From NCBI GenBank assembly GCA_965222025.1, contig CBDCTI010000009.1, positions 343,749 through 407,748 on the forward strand: a DNA stretch of 64,000 bases, read 5' to 3'. The DNA is from Dehalococcoidia bacterium. GTDB taxonomy: Bacteria > Chloroflexota > Dehalococcoidia > Lucifugimonadales > UBA3495. This document shows positions 8,307-18,277 of this stretch, one piece after another; position 1 is the first letter of the stretch, and every line of letters starts with the position of its first letter. The position numbers were made by a program, and so were the translations under genes. Under the pieces are notes generated by a model. That model saw only the letters and a list, made by a program, of their open reading frames with translations. It did not search any database and was not told where the DNA came from.

Positions 8307-11300
8307 ATGGAGAACCCGTTCTACGACCGGCCGATACTGAACTCCCCGTACGAATACCCCTACCGGCACTGGGAGCTGGACGAGACTGGGCAGCCGACCC
8401 AGCAGGTCATTGAGAGTCGCCGGGGGGGCTGAGTTCATCACTCCCATTCCCAAGCCGAGGCAGAGGGGCAGGGCTCGCGGCGGACGCCAGCAGCAACTGG
8501 TTTTCGACGAGGGGCAGGGTCTTTCTACAGAAGAGCAGCAGTACGATGTTACTGCTGCTGTCAACGAGATTCGCCGGTACGTGGACCAGTTGAGAACCAT
8601 CCCCGATCCCCACAATTGTGGTGTGACGGCCGAGACGGCCCTGCTGCTCCAGCACTGGCGGCACCACAAGTTCAGCCATTACCGTCCCTTCTTCTGCCAG
8701 GTCGAAGCCGTGGAGACGCTGATTTGGCTCACCGAGGTTGCTCCGCGGCTCGGGCAGGGGGAGAGGCTGGCTCTACAGCGACTGGAAAGCGCCAGCCTGG
8801 AGGCGAACCCCGAACTGTTGCGGGTTGCTCTGAAGCTGGCCACCGGGGCGGGCAAGACCACGGTGATGGCCATGATCATCGGGTGGCAGACCATAACCGC
8901 CGTGAGGCATCCCAACAGCCGGAGGTTCACGCGGGGCTTCCTGGTGGTCACGCCAGGAATAACCATCCGGGACCGGTTGCGGGTGCTGCAGCCTAACGAT
9001 CCCGACAGCTACTACGCCAGCAGGGAACTGGTGCCAACGGATATGCTGGGCGACCTGCAGCGGGCCAGGATAATCATCACCAACTATCATGGCCTCCGCC
9101 CAAGGGAGCGACTGTCGATATCCAGCGGCGGGAGGGACCTGCTGCAAGGGCCGGGCAAGCCCATCGAGACCGTGGAGTCCGAAGGCCAGATGATGCAACG
9201 GGTGATGCCCGAGCTGATGGGCCTCAAGAACATCATGGTCCTCAACGACGAGGGACACCACTGCTATCGCCAAAAGCCCGGAGAGGATGACGAAGGCCCT
9301 CTGACCGGTGAGGACAAGCGGGAAGCAGACCAGAACACCGAGGAGGCCCGAGTGTGGCTCTCCGGGTTGGAGATGGTCAAGAGGAAACTTGGAGTACGTC
9401 AGGTGGTGGACCTGTCGGCCACTCCCTTCTTCCTGCGTGGCTCAGGGTACGCCGAGGGAACCCTGTTCCCCTGGACCGCCAGCGACTTCTCTCTGATGGA
9501 CGCCATCGAATATGGCATCGTCAAACTACCGCGGGTTCCGGTGGCAGACAACATTCCGGGAGCCGATGTGCCGGTGTTCCGCAACCTGTGGGAGCACATC
9601 CGCAGGGACATGCCTCGCGCGGGGAGGGGCCGATCGGCCGACCTTGATCCACTGGACCTTCCCACGCCGTTGCAGACCGCCCTCGAGGCCCTGTACGGCC
9701 ATTACGAGAAGACCTTCAAAGAGTGGGAGGCCGATGGCGCTCCCTGCCCACCCCGTTTCATCGTCGTTTGCAACAACACAGCCACATCCAAGCTGGTCTA
9801 CGACTATATATCCGGGTTCGAGCGCACCAACGAGGACGGCACGGCCTCGGTTGTCAACGGGAGACTTGCGCTGTTCCGAAACTTCGATGAATACAACAAC
9901 CGCTACTCTGTCCCTCGCACCTTGCTGATCGACAGCCATCAATTGGAATCCGGGGAAAAACTCAGCGATGACTTCCGCCGCGCCGCTGCCGATCTGATCG
10001 AGCGGTTCCGGCGGGAACGCCAGGAACGCACTGGCAACCGGGAGGAGGCCGACAAGATATCGGAGCAGGAACTCCTGCGCGAGGCGATGAACACCGTCGG
10101 CAAGGAGGGGCGGCTGGGACAGAACATCCGCTGCGTGGTCTCGGTGTCCATGCTCACGGAGGGCTGGGACGCCAGCACCGTCACCCACGTCCTGGGCGTC
10201 CGGGCCTTCGGAACGCAGCTGCTTTGCGAGCAGGTGGTGGGCAGGGCGCTCCGGCGCCAGTCCTACGAACTGAACGAGGACAACAAGTTCGACGTCGAGT
10301 ACGCCGACGTGCTGGGTATTCCCTTCGACTTCACCGCCCGTCCGGTGGTTGTCGGACCAGGCAAGCCACGGCAGACGGTGCAGGTGAGGGCGGTGCGGCC
10401 AGAACGCGATCACTTGGAAATAACGTTCCCGAGAGTCGCTGGCTACCGGGAGGACCCACCCAAGGAGGACCTTGTAGCCGACTTCACCGACGACTCACGG
10501 CTGGACCTGACGCCGGAATTGGTGGGGCCGACGCAGACCAGGAACGAGGGGATCATCGGCGAGGGCGTGGACCTTAACCTGGTGCACACCGGTGATATCC
10601 GGACTTCGTCTGTGGTATTTCACCTGACCAATCGCCTGTTGCAAACCAAGTGGCGCGACCCCAACGAGGACATCCGCTACCATTTGTTTGGCAAGCTGCG
10701 GAACGTGGTCAAAGAGTGGCTCGACAACTATCTGGACTGCCGGGGCGGGACCTATCCGGCGCAGCTGATGTACCAGTCGCTGGCCGACATGGCCTGCAAC
10801 CGGATCACCGCAGCAATCACCAGCCGGCAGGGTGAGCGGTCCGTCAAGGCGCTTCTGGACTCGTTCAACCCCGTTGGCTCCACGCGGAACGTGAATTTCA
10901 CCACCTCGCGGGAGGGGTTGTGGGCCACGGACGCCCGAAAGTGCCACGTCAACCTGCTGGTGATGGACAGCGACTGGGAAGCCGAGTTCTGCCGGGTGGT
11001 GGAATCGCACCCTTCGGTTGCAGCCTACGTCAAGAACCACAACTTGGGCCTGGAGGTCCCGTACCTGTACGGCTCCACGCCCCGACGTTACTTCCCCGAC
11101 TTCATCCTGCTGGTGGACGATGGGAACGAAGACCCGCTCCACCTTATCGTCGAGATCAAGGGATACCGGGGAGAGGACGCCAAGGAAAAGAAGAACACCA
11201 TGGGGGCCTACTGGCTACCGGGGGTGAACGCTCTGGGCCACTACGGCCGTTGGGCTTTCGCCGAGTTCACGGACGTCTTCGACATCGAGCCCAACCTGCG

Positions 11301-11340
11301 GCAGGTGATTGATTCGTACTCCTTGACGGCTGTACACTAG
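8307..11340 (+). pseudogene. res: Type III-like restriction enzyme Res subunit (helicase plus PD-(D/E)xK), frameshifted near the N-terminus
   Basis: ATG 8307 gives MENPFYDRPILNSPYEYPYRHWELDETGQPTQQVIESRRG and stops at 8430..8432. The next frame continues AEFITPIPKP... through ATGAGKT (Walker A), DEGHH, SMLTEGWD and C-terminal PDF...EIKG. The shift lies in the G7 run at 8422..8428. Confidence 0.85.
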
Positions 11341-11351
11341 AATAGTGTACA
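11331..11351 (+). promoter_or_regulatory. palindromic operator/promoter candidate upstream of the RHH-PIN pair
   Basis: TGTACAC-TAGAATA-GTGTACA; possible TGTACA-N16-GATAAT promoter; AGGAG at 11366..11370 before ATG 11383. Confidence 0.35.
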
Positions 11352-11382
11352 CGATAATAGTGGATAGGAGTTCTGTACCGCC

Positions 11383-11610
11383 ATGAAGAACATTACGCTC
11401 AGTGCCGACGAGGGGCTGATCGAGGAGGCGCGCCGCATTGCCGCTGCCCGGGGCACCACGCTGAATGCTGAGTTCCGCCTGTGGCTGGCGGACTACGTGG
11501 GTCGAAAGCGGCGGGCCGAGAGGGCGCTTGAGACGCTAAGGGAACTGAGCGCAACCATTGACACTGGCAGTCGCAAATTCACCAGGGAAGAGATGAATGA
11601 GCGCCGATGA
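11383..11610 (+). CDS. vapB: ribbon-helix-helix antitoxin (VapB-like)
   Basis: 75 aa, MKNITLSADEGLIEEARRIAAARGTTLNAEFRLWL; overlaps the PIN gene by 14 nt. Confidence 0.7.
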   Translation: MKNITLSADEGLIEEARRIAAARGTTLNAEFRLWLADYVGRKRRAERALETLRELSATIDTGSRKFTREEMNERR

Positions 11611-12019
11611 GTTCCTTGACAGCAACATTCTTGTTTACTCGGTCGATGCAAGAGCTCCAGAAAAAATGGAGCGCGCCCATGAATTGGTAGGCAGGAGCTT
11701 GACCAATGGCTCCGGCTGCATCAGCTATCAGGTCGTGCAAGAAACTCTCAATGTGCTGACAGGGAAATTAGGGATGTCCGCCGACAGTGTCCGTAGGCTT
11801 CTGGACGAAATCCTGGTCCCCCTCTGGCAGGTTAACCCCACGGCTGCCCTGTACCAGAGCGCAACCTCCCTCCAGAGCCGTTACGGGTTCTCCTTCTATG
11901 ATTCCCTCATTGTAGCGGCCGCGCTGGAGGCGGGTTGCACCCGGCTTTACAGCGAGGACTTGCAACACGGCCAGCAGATTCAGCGGCTGACGATACTGAA
12001 CCCGTTCGTGAACGAGTAA
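11597..12019 (+). CDS. vapC: PIN-domain toxin (VapC-like)
   Basis: 140 aa with the PIN acidic residues in context: FLDSN, QETLNV, FYDSLIVAAA, SEDLQHG. Confidence 0.8.
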   Translation: MSADEFLDSNILVYSVDARAPEKMERAHELVGRSLTNGSGCISYQVVQETLNVLTGKLGMSADSVRRLLDEILVPLWQVNPTAALYQSATSLQSRYGFSFYDSLIVAAALEAGCTRLYSEDLQHGQQIQRLTILNPFVNE

Positions 12020-13051
12020 CAGGGAGCAACAACCATGCCCAGGCCAAGAGGAACACGCAACCGCAGCGCTGCCGGAAAATCAGTCGAGGTGCTGCGCCAC
12101 GAGGCGGACACCCGAACCAACATCCCCACGGCGGAGTACCAGTCGATGGTGGAGGAGGATACGGAGTCGCCCCTGCGGGTGGCCTACCAGCGGCGCAACC
12201 GCGACCTGGACCCGCAGCTGGTCTGGCGGGGCAAGGACGAGCAGGATCTGGGCGACCTGGTGGTCAACGTGCCGCCCCTGTACATCCAAGAGAAGGTGCA
12301 CCCCAAGGTGCTGATCGACGACCTGCTGCGCCAGTCGAGGAACGGGAGCCAGCCGTCCGAGTACCAGGTGGACATGTTCGCCGACTTCAATGGGCTGCCC
12401 GAGGGCGCCGACCGCACCGAGTTCTACCAGCACGAGGGCTACTGGCAGAACCGCATGGTCCTGGGCGACAGCCTGCAGGTGATGGCCTCGCTGTCCGAGC
12501 GGGAGGGGCTGCAGGGCAAGGTGCAGTGCATCTACATCGACCCGCCCTACGGCATCCGGTTCAACTCCAACTTCCAGTGGTCCACCACCAGCCGTGACGT
12601 GCGCGACGGCAACCGGCAGCACATCACCCGCGAGCCGGAGCAGGTCAAGGCCTTCCGCGACACCTGGCGCGACGGTATCCACTCCTACCTGACCTACCTG
12701 CGGGACCGCCTCACCGTGGCCCGCGACCTGCTGACCGACTCTGGCTCCATCTTTGTGCAGATCGGCGACGAGAACGTCCACCGAGTGAGGGCACTGATGG
12801 ACGAGGTGTTTGGTGATGACAATTTTGTATCGCTTATTACAATTCGAAAGACTACCAGTGAAGGTGCCAGTCTTTTGGGTTCTACGACGGATTTTATAAT
12901 CTGGTATGGCAAGAGTGTAGACCAGACAAAGTTCAGCTCGATGTATCAACCGCGTAGCGATAGTGCGGAGAACCGATATTCTCAAACGTATATCGACGGA
13001 AGAATGTATCGATTAGACAATATTGAGGTGGACCCCATTGGTTGGACAGGA

Positions 13052-13975
13052 TTAAGCCACAATTAAGTGGGACTCCTGCACTCCTTCGTATGATACCAAG
13101 ACCCGTTGGTCCGGGCACCTCCTTTCCTTCAACTCCTCTTCTACAGGCTCGCCGTGGAAGACCTCCGCCGGCGTACGGTAGCCCAGGGCCTGATGCGGCC
13201 TACGGTGGTTGTAGAACCGGAAGTACTCTCGCAGCCCTCGGCGGGCCTCAAGGCCGTTGGCGTAGGCCTTCAGGTAGACCTCCTCGTACTTCACCGTCCT
13301 CCATAGCCGCTCGACAAGTATGTTGTCCTGGTACCTGCCCCTGCCATCCATGCTGATCTTCACCGAGTGATCCTGGAGTATCTGCGTGAACTCGCGGCTG
13401 GTGAACTGGCTTCCCTGGTCGGTGTTGAACACGTCGGGCGTTCCCTGGTTCAGGGCCTCGGTCAGGGCCTCGGCACAAAAGCCGGCCTCCAGAGTGTTGG
13501 ACAACCCCCAAGCCACCACGTACCGGCTGTGCCAGTCCATGATGGCCACCAGGTACAGGAATCCCCGGGCCATGGGCAGGTAGGTGATGTCAGCCGCCCA
13601 CACCTGGTTCGCCCGGGTGATCGTCAGATCCCTCAGCAGGTAGGGATAGACCCAGCGTCCCGCCGCTGGTTGGCTGGTGCGAGGCTGCCGGTAGATAGCC
13701 CGCAGTCCCATCAGTCTCATGAGCCGCTGCACCCGCTTCCGGCTTACCGGCAGGCCCTGCCGGCCCAGCGAAGCCTTCATCCGCCTGGAACCGTAGAAAG
13801 GGGTTTCCAGGTACTGGCGGTCCATGGCCTGCATCAGGGACAGGTCCCCCAGGGGTGTCCCCTTGGGACGGTAGTAGAGGCTGGAGCGGCTGACACCCAT
13901 CAGCTGGCACTGCCGCACTATGGACAGGTGCCGATGTTGCCGGTCGGTCAGCTCACGCCGCTGTGCTGGGCTCAT
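13052..13975 (-). CDS. IS3-family transposase OrfB (rve integrase core)
   Basis: 307 aa; ...[31 protein letters not shown]...[11 protein letters not shown]...; its ATG overlaps the orfA stop (ATGA). Confidence 0.9.
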   Translation of the reverse strand: MSPAQRRELTDRQHRHLSIVRQCQLMGVSRSSLYYRPKGTPLGDLSLMQAMDRQYLETPFYGSRRMKASLGRQGLPVSRKRVQRLMRLMGLRAIYRQPRTSQPAAGRWVYPYLLRDLTITRANQVWAADITYLPMARGFLYLVAIMDWHSRYVVAWGLSNTLEAGFCAEALTEALNQGTPDVFNTDQGSQFTSREFTQILQDHSVKISMDGRGRYQDNILVERLWRTVKYEEVYLKAYANGLEARRGLREYFRFYNHRRPHQALGYRTPAEVFHGEPVEEELKERRCPDQRVLVSYEGVQESHLIVA

Positions 13976-14274
13976 GGACCGGACCTTTCCTCCAAGAAAT
14001 CCCGCTCCACCTTGAGCTGGCCGATCTGCTGGTACAGGCGAGCCACCAGGGCGTCGTTGTTCTTGTTCTTCTGCTCCTTGCCCTTATTGGTCCCGTTGCC
14101 TTGGCCGAAGATAGCGGCCGCGCCATCCACTAAGGCCTTCTTCCAAGTCTGAATCTGGTTGGGGTGGACCTCGAACCGGGCGGCCAACTCGGCCACCGTC
14201 TGCTCGCCCTTAATTGCCTCCAGTGCAACTTTCGCCTTGAAGGCCGGGCTGTGCTTTCTCCGCTCTGTGGACAT
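13972..14274 (-). CDS. IS3-family transposase OrfA (HTH)
   Basis: 100 aa; [42 protein letters not shown]. Confidence 0.9.
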   Translation of the reverse strand: MSTERRKHSPAFKAKVALEAIKGEQTVAELAARFEVHPNQIQTWKKALVDGAAAIFGQGNGTNKGKEQKNKNNDALVARLYQQIGQLKVERDFLEERSGP

Positions 14275-16028
14275 TTCCCGCTCCTCATCAACAGCTGTCG
14301 CTGTCCTCAGTTTAGGAGCAGGATTCCCACTTAACCAACTGTCCAGTTTTCCGGGTCCACCTCAATATAACCAGTTCTAGACCCGCGGGCTCAGGGGATG
14401 TAACGTCTTTTTCTTGGAGCGGCCGAGACTTCGATCCTGGTGCAGGAACTTTCAAAACGACGGCTGAAGGACTAAGTCGTCTCACCCTTGCTGACAGGAT
14501 ATATGCCTCAGGTCGTGGAAAACTGAATTAAGGAGGCCGAGCTGTCCCGCCGCGCGCCGTGGGAGATGCCCACCTACGGCAACGTGCGGCAGGGGTTCGT
14601 CTACGAGCGGGTGCCGCACATCACCCTGCGGGACATCGCCAACAACGCCGAGATCGACGTCATCTGGGAGGAATACCAAGACAAGCTGGAGCCGCTGCGG
14701 GAGGCGCTCAACCGGGCACTGGAGACGGCGTGGGAGGAGTGGGAGATTCCCCGCGGCGCCGAAGAATCGTGGCCCGAGGAGGCGCAGGAACTCCACCGGC
14801 AGTGGTGGGAGAAGCGCATCGCCCGGCAGAAGGAGATCGACGCCTCCATCTCCATCGCCGCCCGGGCCGAGTACGAGTACCTGTACGACAAGCCCTACGA
14901 GGACCGCAGCAGGGTGCGGGTGGCCGGCCCCTTCACCGTGGGGAGCCATCTCGCCCCACCGGGTGCTGGGCGTGGACGAGAACGGCGACGTGATCGACGG
15001 CATCGCCGAGGCTCGCAACGGTTACGGCACGGGCTACGACTTCGGCCAGATCATTCTGGACAACCTGCGGCGCTCCGGGGTGCAGCAGGCCCACCGCGAG
15101 GACCGCATTAGCTTCACTTCGCTGACTCCCTGGCCGGGCCGATTCGTCTGCGCCGATGGCCGGTACGTCGAGGGCGCCTCTCCGTCCGTCCTGAGCGAGT
15201 CGAAGGATGTCTATGACGCGCCGGTCGGGCCCCTGAGCAGCGCAGCGCCCGTCAAAGAGAAGAGGGCGGCGCGGGGGAGCCCGCCGACGTCGGGTTCGAC
15301 GTGCTCATTGCCTGCGCCTTCAACTATGACGCGCACACCACGGAGTTCGAAAGCCTGGGGCGGGTGCCTGTGCTGAAGGCCCGCATGAACGCCGACCTGC
15401 ACATGACGGGCGAGCTGCGCAACACCGGCAGCGGCAACCTGTTCGTCATCTTCGGCGAGCCGGACATCGACGTGCTTGATGGCGGGGACGGGCAGGTCCA
15501 GGTGCGCGTGAACGGCGTGGACGTGTTCCACCCCAACACCGGCGAGGTGCGCAGCGACGGGCCGGAGGGCATCGCCTGCTGGTTCATCGACACCGACTAC
15601 AACCAGGAGAGCTTCTTCGTCCGACACGCCTACTTCCTGGGCGCCGGCGACCCCTACAAGTCGCTGAAGACCACCCTCAACGCCGAGATCGACGAGGACG
15701 CCTGGGCCACGCTGCACAGCGCCGAGTCGCGGCCGTTCCCCCGCCCGGAGTCGGGGCGGATTGCGGTCAAGGTCATCAACCACCTGGGGGACGAGGTTAT
15801 GAAGGTGTTCCGGGTGGGGTAGCGCTATACAGGTCATGGAGAATACCTGACTATTCCCCTGCTCAGTGAACTGAATTGGCAACCTGTTAGGTGGAGTCGG
15901 AACGGCGGCGTTCTTACCCTTATCCTATTGGGAATTTCATCAATTGGCGCCGGGCTTGACTCTGAGACTGGTAAGGCGGCTTTGGCTGCGGCAATCGCCG
16001 CTCTTGCCTTGGCCAACCTGGACTTTAC

Positions 16029-17721
16029 CCCGAATCCACCGATGGGAGGCGTGAATGCTGGGCAAATTGGGATGAGGGAGCCTGCAAGGGAGAAAGCCTG
16101 GGCTCCATTGGACCGATGTGACCCCGCGAGGGTTTTCAGTAGCCGCACCGGACCTGGAGAGCGGTCTATGGAGGCTGGGAATCGCGTGATAGTGAGATCG
16201 GACGCAGCAGGATGCACTCGCGGGCGGGGCGGACGCGAGTTTGGAGGTGTTGGGGCGGTTGCGGACAGCGCCGTCAGGCGGGGAGTGGAATGGCTCGCAG
16301 CCGGGCCAGGGCGCTGCTGAACTGGGTTTCCCAGGGCCAATGCTTGGGAAGATGCAAAGTGAGGCGGCGCGCCGAGCGGGTGGTCCGTCCCGCCAGGGCG
16401 AAGAACCGACGCCGGAGGGTCTTGGTGGTCACGATCTGCTCGCGCAAGCCGATGCGGGCCGTCCAGCGGGCCAGGTTGTGGGCCATCACCTGTACCGCCA
16501 GCCAAGCGCCGTTGGCGGCGAATCGGCCGGACGGCAGGTGGTTCAGCCCGACGCCGTACTTGAGGTCCCGGATGGCGTTCTCGATCTCGGCGTGGCGGCG
16601 GTGGTCGGCCTCCAGCTCCAGGGTCTCCCCGTCCCGGTCGGTGATGAATCCGTGATAGCTGTAGGTGGCGAAGAGGGCCAGTTGGGAACCGGGCGTGGGC
16701 TTCACACGCCGGACGATGAGCCGCACCGGCGCGGCGCCGGCCTCACTCTCAAAGGGAGTGTAGGTGGTCTCGGCCACATCGGCGGCGCCGTCCATCCAGT
16801 ATGGGATGGGCGTCCAATCCGTCTCGGGTATGGCCTCGATGAGATTGCGCAGGCTTTTGTGCTGGCGGATGGTGATGGAGTAGCGGACATCCATCTTGCG
16901 GCAGACGGCGACGATGGCGTGGGCATAGAAGCCGCTGTCGGCCCGCACCGTGAGTCGGCCCCTGGCGCCGGCGTAGCGCACCCGTCCCACCGTCTCGCGC
17001 AGGAAGTGGGCGGCGCCCCGAACAGTGTTGGCCCGGCCCTCGCGCAGCCGGGACATCAACACGTCGCCGGTGCCGGCGGCCACGGCCAACAGCGGGTGAT
17101 AGCCCCGCTTGCCGGTATAGCCGTGGTGTCGCGCCCCCTCCTTGGCCAGTCCGTAGGTCTCGCAGATGGTGGAGTCCAGATCGATGGTGAACGGCGCGTC
17201 GCCGGGTCCCGCCCCGGCGGCCCAGGCCCGGGCCAGCAGTTCCCGGATCACCCGGTCCAGCTGACGGACATGGCCCCAGCGGAAGCTGCGCAGGAAGGTG
17301 CCCAGGGTGGATGGCGCCTTGACCCTACAGTCGAGAACACCGGCCGTCCCACCGGCGCGCAGCGCATCGGCGTCGTCGATGCAATCGCCGCCAGCCAGGG
17401 CAGAGGCGACCAGGGTCATCATCTTGTCGCCGGCGTTGGCCCGGCCCGGCGCGCTGCCGAGATTGAGGTGATGGTCTACGAGTTCCCCCAGGCCCAGGTG
17501 TTGGGCGAGAGTGGCCGGCAGGAGCAGGCCGGCATTGGCCACCAGACGGTGGTCGTCAAAGACAATGCGAATACGGTCGGGATGGTTGCGTGGTAGCATC
17601 AATTGGGCGCTCCTTTTCTGGGGTCGGTTTCCTTTCTCGAAAACCATTATCCCAGATTCAGAGGAGCACCCTTTGACCACTTCAGGTCGCTAACCTGACG
17701 TCCTCTATCGGTGGATTCGGG
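16029..17721 (-). mobile_element. IS1380-family insertion sequence, copy 1 (1693 bp)
   Basis: TIR CCCGAATCCACCGAT(G/A)G(G/A)GG; 5-bp direct repeat TTTAC; copies at 53056 and 61686. Confidence 0.9.
16274..17680 (-). CDS. IS1380-family transposase
   Basis: 468-aa ORF (the likely real start is MLPRNHPDRIRIVFDDHRLVANAGLLLPATLA at 17599); typical IS1380 N-terminus and DDE region. Confidence 0.9.
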   Translation of the reverse strand: MVKGCSSESGIMVFEKGNRPQKRSAQLMLPRNHPDRIRIVFDDHRLVANAGLLLPATLAQHLGLGELVDHHLNLGSAPGRANAGDKMMTLVASALAGGDCIDDADALRAGGTAGVLDCRVKAPSTLGTFLRSFRWGHVRQLDRVIRELLARAWAAGAGPGDAPFTIDLDSTICETYGLAKEGARHHGYTGKRGYHPLLAVAAGTGDVLMSRLREGRANTVRGAAHFLRETVGRVRYAGARGRLTVRADSGFYAHAIVAVCRKMDVRYSITIRQHKSLRNLIEAIPETDWTPIPYWMDGAADVAETTYTPFESEAGAAPVRLIVRRVKPTPGSQLALFATYSYHGFITDRDGETLELEADHRRHAEIENAIRDLKYGVGLNHLPSGRFAANGAWLAVQVMAHNLARWTARIGLREQIVTTKTLRRRFFALAGRTTRSARRLTLHLPKHWPWETQFSSALARLRAIPLPA

Positions 17722-17949
17722 TTTACCGGGGATCAACTCGACAAGTCCCTGTGTAAACTGGCCCCGATAGTTTTGGCGGCGATCGGTGCATACTTTGTGC
17801 TAGCGATAGAAGCCGGAAAACAGCGCCGCCTCCTGATTGACCTACTCTTTAGTGCATTGATCTATTTCGTAATCGTATTTTGTAGTCAGTTCGTTCTCTG
17901 GACCACTTTGCCTTTGCTCAGACGATCGCGAAAATAACCTGGGGCGATT

Positions 17950-18277
17950 TTGCAATTCCGCATAGCCGACACGTTCACCGCAAGCCTCGCCAGGCTGCCC
18001 AATGACCAGCAGAGGGCGGCGAATACGACCGCTTTTTCGACCTACAGACCAACATCGCCCATCCCGGCCTCAGTCTGCACCGCGTGACTGGAGCCAGGGA
18101 CCCGGGGTTCTGGTCGGCGAGAGTGAACCTCGACCTGCGCATCATCCTGCACCGGGCCGGGAAGAACGTCGTTTTCTGCTACGTGGACAGCCACGACGAC
18201 GCCTACCGTTGGGCCGAGCGTCGTCGGCTGGAGGTACACCCCACCACCGGCGCGGCCCAGCTGGTGGAGTTGCGGGA
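17950..18277 (+). pseudogene. N-terminal fragment of a helicase-associated protein
   Basis: ...FRIADTFTASLARLPNDQQRAANTTAF shifts frame at the T5 run 18033..18037 into FDLQTNIAHPGLSLHRVTGARDPGFWSARVNLDLRIILHRAG...YVDSHDDAYRWAERRRLEVHPTTGAAQLVE, then ends abruptly. From memory this is an N-domain of UvrD-like helicases. Confidence 0.45.

Larger units (their letters stand above)
13024..14364 (-). mobile_element. IS3-family insertion sequence, copy A (1341 bp)
   Basis: TIR TGAGGTGGACCC.../...GGGTCCACCTCA; 4-bp direct repeat ATAT (13020..13023, 14365..14368); second copy at 20723. Confidence 0.9.
12035..15822 (+). pseudogene. mod: Type III-like N6-adenine DNA methyltransferase Mod subunit, multiply disrupted
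   Basis: DPPYG motif IV at the N-terminal half. IS3 insertion at 13024..14364; the frame is restorable across it (...RLDNI-TSSRPAG...). TAA at 14529..14531 with a frame change. No FxGxG motif I in any frame. Frameshifts near 14940 and 15295. C-terminus GFVYERVPHITLRDIANNAEID... Confidence 0.85.
15928..17937 (+). pseudogene. small hydrophobic protein gene split by IS1380 copy 1
   Basis: 15928..16028 (GISSIGAGLD...LANLDFT) joins in frame to 17722..17937 (GDQLDKSLCKLAPIVLAAIGAYFVLAI...LLRRSRK*) once the IS and one TTTAC repeat are removed. Confidence 0.45.

Noticed and set aside
16241-17596. Very long antisense ORFs inside the IS1380 copies (451 aa) and the IS1182-like copies (about 200 aa) and other IS copies
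   Set aside because: They are Gly/Pro/Arg-rich shadow frames of GC-rich coding sequence with no recognisable motifs. They overlap bona fide transposase genes completely.
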